From NCBI GenBank assembly GCA_964016885.1, contig OZ024740.1, positions 71,362,001 through 71,426,000 of the forward strand: a stretch of DNA of 64,000 nt, given 5' to 3'. Shown here piece after piece: positions 29,601 to 40,700 of the stretch (the first letter of the stretch is position 1; every line of letters begins with the position of its first letter). The notes below the pieces were generated by a model that had not been told where the DNA came from, searched no databases, and worked only from the letters and a program-made list of their open reading frames with translations. Made by a program: the position numbers and the translations under genes. This stretch comes from Eledone cirrhosa. Its lineage: Eukaryota.

Positions 29601-32600
29601 AAAGTCAACCTGACAAAGACTATGGTCCTAGAATGTAGAAGGGAAATGGCCTTGCTCAGTGTGTAGGAAAGGTGTAAGTAGAAATTCCATCCACTGTCCT
29701 AAATGCAAAGTATGAGTACACAAGAGATGTAGTGGGATCTCAGGTAATTTAGCTAAGAACATAGGTTGTACATGTAGCCGTTGCACTGGAGCAGTAAGTA
29801 GCAAATAACCACAGGAAACAAGCTCTATCAAATTCTGGGAAGGTTCGGTAAAAGTGGTAGACAGTTTCTGCTACGTAGGAGACAAAATTAGCAGTTAAGG
29901 TGGGTTTTCTGAATGTACAGTAACCAGAGTGAGGACAGGGTGGAAGAAGTTCAGGGAGCTACTACCATTGCTAGCTACAAAAGGTTTTCCCCTCAAAATG
30001 AAAGGCAGACTGTACAACGTATGTATACGAGCAGCAATGTAGCATGGTAGTGAGACCTGGGTGTTGTGTGCAGAGGACTTACGAAGATTGGAAAGAAATG
30101 AAGCTTGCATGATTAGATGGATGTGCAATAGTAATAAATGTGAACAGCAAAGCATAAATGAACTGAGAGAGAAACTAGACATAAGAGGAATCATATGCAG
30201 TGTGCAGAAGAGGAGATTGCATTGGTATAGACATGTGACGTGTATGAAAGATGACAGCTGTATAAAAAGATGCAAAGTGCTCAAAGTTCATGGAAACCAT
30301 GGAGTAGGAAGACCCAGGAAGACTTGGGATGAGGTTATAAAAGCTAACCTTGCACCTCTCAAAGGCAATGACACAGGACCGGGATCTCTGGCGTTATGCA
30401 GTAATACAGAAGACCTACCTTCCCACGAGTACAGGCTGAAGCATACATCTTGTATGCACCACCTTCACCACCCCTCAACACACCTGCCACGTCCTAACAC
30501 ACAGCCATATACTCACCTCCTTAATCCCACCAAAACCCCTAGCCTACACTATAAAGTGGTCGTGATAGCAACAAGACAAAAAGCGCCCAGCCCACACTAT
30601 AAGGTGGTCGTGTAGGTGTCTTGAGAAAAAGCACCCTGTACTCACTGTAAATGTGGTTGGCGTTAGGAAAGGCACTCAGCCATAGAAACCAAGCCAAAAT
30701 CAGTTCTGTATGAGCAAGTCATGGTCATCTCACCTCGACTTGCATCAAATAGGATAACCCATCTAACCCATTTCAGTTAAATAAAAACGTGTTGCCTTTT
30801 AAATTTTAAAATACAATCATAATAGAAATATACTTACAGTCTCATCTACAACTAAATGAATCCCATCTCCACCAGCTGGAAAGATGTAATGTTGCAATGG
30901 AGTTGGGCGATTATCAGTGTAAACAACATGGCATGGCTGTAAAAATGATAAAAAATACAAATTATTTCTCTACTCAAACACTACGAAAAATTGTTGAGAA
31001 GAGTTTGAAATGCTACTTTTACTTCTTCATTTTGATTTCGTTATCCCCTTTTGTATAAAACTTTACTCTGCAAGAATTAAGTATGCTTCAGTTATAATAG
31101 ATTAATTAATCTGGAATAAAATAAGATGAAATAGTTGTTGAAGATCAACTCCATTCACATTTGTATGCTAAGTTCTTGGAATAATTGGTCTGAAAACAGA
31201 AGATCAACTATTTGATAAAAAATACAATTGCTAATACAAGCAGTCAAAATGAGGGTCCTTTGAAGTAACATTGTTTGATAGGATATAATTCAAAACATTT
31301 TCAATAAGAATTACCAACTTATCAACTTAACAAGTAATATCAAATGTTCTTAAAATGAATTCAGTATTGAAGTTCTAATAAGTACATTTATATTAATTTA
31401 TCTATACATATAACCTCTGACAACTTTCAATATCAAATACTTTAAAGATTCTTCACATACCTGGTTGTGAAGATGACATATCCACTCAGCAAACTGACGT
31501 GCATTAGGGATAGTGGCTGACAGAAATACATAGTGTACATTATCAGGCAAGAGGATAATAGTTTCTTCCCAAACAACACCTCGTTCTGTATAAAAATAAA
31601 AAGAACTTAATAGTAAGATAGTTATTTATTAATCAATTTAAATGTTCATGTAATGCTGGTAAGGTAAGGCAGCCTGAGAAAGGTATCTAATATCCCTTAT
31701 AAATTAAGAAATAATTGTTTCTACTTTAGGCACAAGGCCAGCAATTACCCAGTGCAGAGAGGCAAAAGAAATAAGAATCAGGAAAAGGTGAAAAATAGGG
31801 ACAGATATAGAGCAGTTAAATGTTTCTGTAGATGGTTCTTTTTATAGCCTCCATGTATTGGAAGACCTTATTTATGGTAGGTATATCTTTGACAGTATAT
31901 TGCACTACCAACCTTAGTAGTTTTTTTAAGAGCAGTTTTAAAATGTCCTCTCTCTCAAACTGGAAGTTTCAACATTGCTATGAGTGAATTTGATAGATGG
32001 TCATTTCAGGAAGACTCATGCATGTGAGTGTGTGTGTATCGTTTCATCATTTTTATATTGACTTTTCCATGCTGGCAAGGGTTGGATAGGACTGTTTTAA
32101 AGCTCTTCCTGACATCAAACCTTTTAGTCACAGGGATACAGTATACCTATTCTTAACCTGATACACACATGTCTATATATATATATGTGTGTCATATTGA
32201 CAAAAGTTAGCAGTACATATACCAAGCTTTGACTAAAGTATGGGTTGGTGGTAGGAAGAGCATCCAACCATAGAAAATCTGCACTCAAAAAAGTCTTATT
32301 ACAATTCACACAAGCATTGAAAAAGAAAAAAAAATGGATGTAAAAGTAATGATGGTACAATGTAGTGAAAGATGGGATGATACTCTCTTCAGTTCTCTAA
32401 TGATTACCATAACTATTAACCCCTTAGCATTTAAACAGGCTGTATCCAGCCAGAATTCTCTTACCTCTTTCTGTTCAAACCAGCTTCTCATACTTATGTT
32501 AAGATATTGTTCTCAAAATAAATAATATCAAAATCTCATAGATTCGATATTATGTGAGATATAATGTTTACAGTGAAAATACAATAGTATATACAGAGTA

Positions 32601-34734
32601 ATGTAAATGCTAAAGGGTTAATGTGTGCCATTAAATTCATTAAGGTGAATTAGAGACTTTCTATGAGTAAAAAAAAAAGAGAAAAATAACATACCTTTAT
32701 CTCTCATGTAATGAATCTCATCAAAGATGACCCAAGCAACTTCTCTCATGATCTCTGATCCTCGATATAACATACTCCTCAAAATCTGTGAAAGAATATA
32801 TATTACAATTACTTGAATCTCGTCATAGTCATAAAATATAATTGTTTATACTTGAATTGCACTTTATTATATAGACCTTGGCAGGTTTGGATTCAGAAAG
32901 TAAAGAGCCAGAATAAATACTGCAAAGCATTCCATCCGGTGCTCTAATGAGTCTGCTAATCAACTGCCTGAACTGTACTAGTAGTAATGATTTCATAGTT
33001 AGGCACAAGGCCAACAGTTTTGTAGGAAGAGGAAAATCCATTATGCTGACTCCAGTACTTTATTTTAACTTGAAAGGCAAAGCTGACATTGACGGGATTT
33101 GAAATCAGAATGTAAAGAACCAGAACAAACACAGCAAAGCTTTTCGTCTGATGCTCTAACAATTCTGCTAATCCTATGCCTTTGCTGTACTAATAATAAT
33201 GATTTCATACTCAGGTACACAAATTTCTGGAGGCTAACACGATCCAAATGACTTTCTGAAAGACACAAGTGTCAACCTCAACAAAGCTTTAAATCAATTC
33301 ACTCAACCTCTTACTCAACTGTAGTGCCACTCTTCAATAAATAACACCATTATCATTGTACTTATGATTACTTTTCCTTGCTGGCATGGATTAGACAGGA
33401 TGTTTTGAAACGTTTTTCAGCAAGATGCCTTTCTTAATACCAACCCTTTTAGTCACCTCTTACAACATACCTATAGCTACTAAATCTCTGTAAATGAATA
33501 TTTATAATGAATGAAAGTAATTTAATAAAACTTACTTCAGTTGTCATGACTAAGCAACTAGCAGTTGGGTTAATTGTTACATCTCCAGTCATCAAGCCAA
33601 CATCTTGAAACTCTTCAAACAATTCTCGATATTTCTGATTACTTAAGGCTTTAATAGGTGATGTATATATCACACGCTGCTTCTTTTGCAGTGACATTGC
33701 AATGGCATAGCTGAAAGTATAAATTGATACATTCTTGTATTCTTTCCAACTGAAGACAAATATATAGCAAGTTACCCAAAGCCTACCAAAACAAGGTCAT
33801 TGTTCAAGTCACCCCCATTGCCAAAACCAAAATAAACATCTTTATATCCATCTGGTTTGGCATAAATGGATTTGCAATATAGCATTTCTCCATTAATTTC
33901 AAACCTACTTAACCCCAATGCCCTCCCATGTCTTAACTTTGGATTCCTTTACTGCAATTCTTAGTGCCTGCTTGTACTGCAAGTGCAAGGAGGACTTATT
34001 TCCAAGCCAAGCTTTGTAGGACTCCTCCTTTGCTAGGATGGCATTTTTGACTTTTTGATTGAACCAAGGGGGTCCCTCCTGCCATCCGGTGCGACACCAA
34101 GCCTCTTTTGTCTGCAGCATTTAACAGCTGAAGCAGAAACTGCTGAGCTGAATAATCTCCACTATCTCAATGTCCTCAAGGAGTTCTCTAAATTTAAATG
34201 CAGCAGTATCTGCATACCTGGTCCTGACTTACTTATCCACCAACGCTTCCCACTTTTTCCTGTAGGTCGCCCTGCCAGTTTTGTGGGTTTCTTTGGTTTT
34301 ATGTAGTGTCACATTGCAGATAACTAGATGGTGATGGTGATCAGTGGACAGCTCAGCCCCTCTCTTAACACAAACATCTAGCACAGAAGTCAATAGTTAA
34401 CATTTTAAAAAATATTTTATATTGGCAAGGATCTACAAATTTTTAGCTATAGTTGATTGAAATTATCTCAATATTTGGTTGATACTTATCTTATTGAACA
34501 TCAGCTGAATAAAAATATTTAATATCTAAATTATTCAAAGATATCTACAATGAAGGGATTTTTTAATCTAAAATTATAGACTTGAAAAAGTAAAACCATC
34601 AACTTGCCTGTCTGGGATGTTGAAAAAGATAGTGTAAATTAAACAGAGTCAATTGTATTGAAGAAATGTTGAGTAAATTTTGAATTTTTTTAAAGTATGT
34701 TAACTGAACATAAGCTGCTTCAATGTATGCTGGG

Positions 34735-34765
<31 letters not shown>

Positions 34766-37700
34766 TACTATGAAATTAGTTTCTAGAGACTTAAATGCCC
34801 AACTTAAGCAATTATTTTTCAGAGTAAAAAAAACTTATGTTGAAGCAGCTTACTTTAAGTTAACATGCTGTAAATTAAATATCATATTTTACTTACACAG
34901 CAACAACTGTTTTGCCAGCCGATGTGTGTGCAGATACCAAGACAGACTGGTTGTTTTCTAAACATAAAAGTGCCTCCTTTTGGAAGGGATCAAGAATAAA
35001 CGGGAATTCTTGAACGGGCTTTTCGGGGGGAGGTTTCAAAGGAACAAATTCTTCATCTGGAGGTAGAGCAACCTGTGTGAGTGAGAAAGTCAGAAATTAA
35101 AATCACTTTCAATGTTATTATGTAAGTCTGATCATAAAAATAGATGTAATATATTACATGCTGAAATACAACAAAATGAAAAAGTAATAATTAAAAGCAG
35201 CATTTAAATAAATATAATAGTAGTGATGACAATTATGTCAAAGATATGACAACCTCCCTAATGTTGGGGATCAACATGATAAATGTACCCAATACACTCA
35301 GGGATGTTTGTTAGTGATAGGAAGGGTATGCAGTCATAAAATGCCTGCCAAACAAAGGGTTAGAAGGACGACCCTTCAGTTATGTCATAGACATAACATC
35401 CCTAGAGCATGGGATCATATGTAGGTGAGATGCAGGCCCCCAACCCAGCTGAGATTAGTACTCCTGCATGAGTACTGATCCAGTCAGTCAAGATCTATAC
35501 AACCCTTGCTAGCAGGGAAAACGGGCATTAAGTGACGATAATGATTTATAATTGGAAAAGGGTGATGAGCTAGTCAGAAGATGTGTATATACACATGCAA
35601 GCAGTATTTCAAAGCCTATAAAGATGGATATTGGAGTACAAGGCTCTAGTGAAAATATACAATTGCTGCACAAACATAAATAGGAACACAATTTTCCAAG
35701 AAAGAATAATTTTAAAAGATGATGCATGGGACAAGAAAAGTGATTACAGAGTGGTGTGAATATACTCAGGTGATATAGATCAAGTTGCTGAAAATAATTT
35801 AACAAAACTGAAATATATAGAGGATTGATAAAGAATGGAAACAATGATAATGGTTCAGTGGTAGTGCTGATGCCATGAAAGGAAGCACCTAGTTCACCCT
35901 GTCAGGTGGCAGAAAACAAACCAAGTACACACCATGAAATGGTTGGCATTAGGAAAGGCATCCAGTTATAGAAAGCATGCCAAAATGGAACATGAGCAAA
36001 ACACTGTTGTCTGACTTGCCTGTCTAACTTCAGAGCATGACAACTCACCTAACCTATGCAAGCATGGAAAAAAGAAGTAAAACTGTGATGATGATGGTAA
36101 TAGGAGGCATAAAGCTGAAGACCTGCCCCAAAATAGACAAAAATATCAAATATTGCAATAGTATCCACATAACATTAGAGAAGTGATTACCTCATGAGTG
36201 CAAGATTCCAGTGTCTCAACCTTGTGAACTTGGATCCTGGGCATAACCTCTGCAGCTGCGCTAGAAAAGAGAATAAATCAAGGTCAATTATGAGTTTGTA
36301 ATCATCCCTAACATCATTCAACCTCAGCATCATCTTATAAAATATAAAATGATAAAGCATATCCAATAGAAACTATTTGTTACAAATGCAGAAAGTAATA
36401 TAGTAAGATGAGATTTATTTTGGAATTCATTCATATCAGTGAGTAAAACAAACTGTAACTCATTATCATCACCATTTATTTTCCATGCTTGCATGGGTTT
36501 GATGGATCGTCATGTTATGAGACCAGACAGGTCAGTGACCACATCTTGCTCATACAATCCTATTTCAGCTTGGTTGTTTACAGTTGGATGCCCTTCCTAT
36601 GCTAACCACATTACAGCGTGTATTGGGAGCTTTTTGTTGTGGCAAAAGTATGAATGCTTTATAGGGTGGACTGAGTGCTTTTGGTTATGGCACCAGTATG
36701 ACCACCTTATAAAGTGGACTGTGATATACATTACCAGAAATAATATAGTAGGTGCAGGCATGGCTGTGGTCAAGAAGTTCAGTTTACAACCAATTGGTTT
36801 AGGGTTTGACCCTACTATGCAGCAATTTGGCAAAGTGTCTTCTGCTACAGTTTTGAGTCAACTAATGCCTTGTGATCATCTGGCCATAGAATGCTATCTA
36901 AAAGAATCTCATCCAACTCATGACACATGGAAAAGTGCAGATAAGAAGAAAATTATAGAATTTTTAGAACAATTAACAGCTAATGCCAGCCAGCAATCCA
37001 TGAAAAGAGAATGCTATTAATTTCCAGGCCTGTTGACTTGACACTTAATATCCTGTAATGATTTAGGAGAAAATATCTAAAAACAGGTTTGTTAATTTAA
37101 ATGTTTCTAGTATCTTTACTACTGGATAGATCGCTGTGAAAATCTACAATAAACTAAAATAAAGACTATAATTTTTAACTTGATGCAGTCATGTTCCACA
37201 ATGCAAATGGGACATTAGTAGTTAAAAATATAATAACAAAGATGCTACCTACCATGTATATTTATGGATATCTCTGTGCTGGAAGGTGTTCATAATAGAG
37301 TCCATTGCTAGAACAGAAGTCCAGTAAGGCCTCTCCATACATATTTAGATTGGGGTCGCCATTCCTTCCAATCACTCCTTTCCATGTCAGGTCATCAGTG
37401 CCAACATGTGCATTGAAGCCACCCATCAGGATATATGACTTCAGAGGTGCCTCCTTGCAAGGTGGAGAGAATACTTTGCTGATCTCCTAAACTTGATCAC
37501 AGCCGCATCTTCAAATGTACACAAGGCACATCTGGAAGCAGTGACTAATTTCTCAGAGGCAGAGGTCACAAGAGCAATTAAAAATCTAAAATGTGACAAG
37601 GCTGCTGAGGAAGATGAAATCCGACCCAAGATGTTAAATAGAGAAGGTATTCTCTGGCTGACTCGTGTATGCCAGGTGGCCTGGATTTCTGGAAAGGCAC

Positions 37701-40700
37701 CTAAGCAATGGCATTCGGGAGTGATAATCCCAACTTTCAAAAAGGGAAACAAAGAGAGATTGCTCCAATTACAGAAGCATCTTCTTGTTAAGCCTCCCTG
37801 GTAAAGTATAAGTGTCTGGCAAAGAGATGCAGGGAGATTGTTGAGTCCACACTAGCCAATGAACAGCATGGTTTTCACTCAAGATGCAGCACAGCCGACC
37901 AAATATTCACACTGCGGCAAGTTTCAAAAAATCATGAGTGTGCCAAGAGGTATATTCTTGTTTTGTAGACATTGAAAAGTCCTCATTGAATAGCCCACGT
38001 TCCTCAGTGTAAAAGGTTGTGCAGGAGTATGGGATCGATGGTCAGCTCCTTGCTGTCTCGATGTCTCTATATGAATGCCTAAGTATTTGTGTTCAAATAA
38101 ATGGTGTTAAATTGAAACCATTTAATGTGGGAGTCAGACTCCGTAAAGGGTGCGTACTGCCACCTCTCCTGTTCATTATTTTCATGAACAGGATCGCCAT
38201 CCGCAGCCAGGTTGGAAGTGATATCACGACTAGTGGGTGTAAAATTAGTTGGCTAGAATTTGAAGGCGACATAGTGTTACTTAACTCAACAGAAGGTGAT
38301 CTCAAATTTGTATTCGATAGGTTTGATGCCAAGTGCTGCATGGCTGGAATGAAAATCAGTGCTACGAAAACTGAGACACTCGTCCTCTCAAGGAAGCCTG
38401 TGCAGTGCACTACATGTGAATGGAATTCCACAGAAGCAGGTAGAGAAGTTCAAGTATCTCTGGAGCCATGTTCATGAGTGGTGGAAAGGAGGCTGAATTA
38501 AGTGCAAGAAATTGCAAGAGCTGTTGCAATAATGCACCAGCTTCAGCATTCAGTAATCAGAAGAAAGGAGGTAGGCGCAAAAGCCAAATTCCCTATCTTC
38601 TATACGGTATTCGTGCTAACCCTTACCTATGGTCATGAATCTTCGGTAATGACCCAAAGAATATGATCATAAATACAAGCAGCCAAAATGGAGTTCCTCC
38701 AAAGGCTCTTTGGAGTAACGTTACTTGATAGAGTGTGTGCCTCGGAGACAAGTGAGCCACTCCAGGTAGAACCACTACTTCTCTGATTTGAGAGATCACA
38801 GCTCCAATACTATGGGCATGTGGCTAGAATGACTTAGGAAAGAATCACTGGACAGATTCTATGGGCAAAACCAACTGGCAAGGGGACCCAGGAGTAGACC
38901 CCGAGCAAGATGGTTGGATAACATCGATGAGCTTGGCTGGTATTGCTTGGGGATCCAGCCATATCAGTTGGAGACGGTTGCTTCTGACAGGACCCACTGG
39001 AAGGAGTGTTTGATGACTCTGCCCCCACGAACCTCTTGGGAATATATGGGCAAAGATGATGTTACCTTGGAGTTGTTTAATAGGCTTTAAATATCCTGCC
39101 CCAATATCTGGTGTTGCTCTTAAGCAGCCATTTTTGAAAAATAGCAGCATAAAATGGATACAACATATCCTACCCCAAATTAGTTTCTTTAATTATTCTT
39201 TTGATGAAGGGATTTCATCCCCAAATATTAAGGACCATTAAACAACTCCAAAGTAACATTGCAACATTATTTTTAACAATTAATGCCTCATCTGCATTGT
39301 GGTAGCCTTCTAAAACCCTACATTCTATGGTTTACACAATGCATCCTGCAAACTATTTTACAAGGTTCAAATTAATTCAAGTAAAAAACAACTATATATT
39401 TTTACAAGATACCTTCTTCATTGAAGAAACACAATACTCACATAAGCTCGTCATGTTCAGTTTTTAATTTCTTGGTACTAATCACTTCAGGGTTGTCAAT
39501 CTCTCTCTTTTTAGCAATACTTCTCAGCAAATCTTCAGCCCTGTATAAAAATTTCAATTGTTTTAAAAATGACAGACAGTAGCATAAAACCTCATTCATT
39601 GATATTCATCATTGTAAATAATTGTAATCCATGATAGGTTTCAATCCCTAATTTCAAATGTTTTTAACTTATCGCTAATATAAATCTCTAATTTCTCTAA
39701 CAATATATTTGAGAGCTCACACATATCCTGTATCAGTTTAATGTCTGCTTTCCCATGACAGCACAGGTTGGACAATTTGTATAAGAGAATCATACCACTA
39801 CACTTGATCCAGGGTTATCTCATCTAAGGCTGAACAGACTAATGGATAGTATACAGTGAGTAAAAGAGCAATAGTTTCTTAAACATTTAATTAGCAGAGC
39901 TGATTAGGACTACTACTCAATAATATTAGTATAACAGTAACTTTACCTATTTCAATATCTGATCAATACAAACACTCTAAACCCAGCCTTTACTAAACTA
40001 TCACAGTTATGGTTGTTGTAGTTATAGTATGTGGATGCATAATAGAGCATCATAATGAAATGTTTGAACAATTTGATAGGAGCAGAAACAATAATAGTTT
40101 AAGATCCACGTGGAATGCAAATACTCGATGAAAAGTACAATTCTCATAGCCAAATTTGCTCCAAAAGTTTAAATCTCAAGTCAATTTGAGTTGAAACCAT
40201 TCTATTTCAACTCGAATTACATTAAACTTTAATTAAAATAATCACAACAATTGGATTGAAGGAGCTTGGCAAATACTAAACAATGGCATTTAGGGAAGTA
40301 AGCAAACACCCATTCTGGGTATCCGCAAGCAGGAAACCAAACAAACATGACCTTGAATCAGGGTTAAGGTAGAGGTTAGGAAAGCTTAGCAAGATGTTTA
40401 CACATTGCTGTCATAATGTTTAATCCTCGTCATCACCACTTGTCTATTTTCCATACTTGATGGGTTGTCACATTTTGGGGCCAGTCAGGTTAAGTGACAT
40501 CTTGCACATATAATATGGCTTGGTTTTCAATAGCTGGATGCCCTCCCAACATGTACTGGGTGCTCTTTTGGGGGCACCAGCACTATCTTACAAGGTGGAC
40601 TAGGTGCTTTTTGTACTGGCACCCGTACGATCACCTTAAAGTGTGGACTGGGTGCTTTTTGTCATAGCACCAGTACAACTATCTTACAGGGTGAACCAGG

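Noticed and set aside
34744-34762. Poly-G as a functional G-quadruplex (also 42056-42069)
   Set aside because: Simple homopolymer on the template strand; length unreliable and no supporting context
36439-37020. 193-aa ORF
   Set aside because: Overlaps SINE and RTE-tail repeats in an intron; no coding signature
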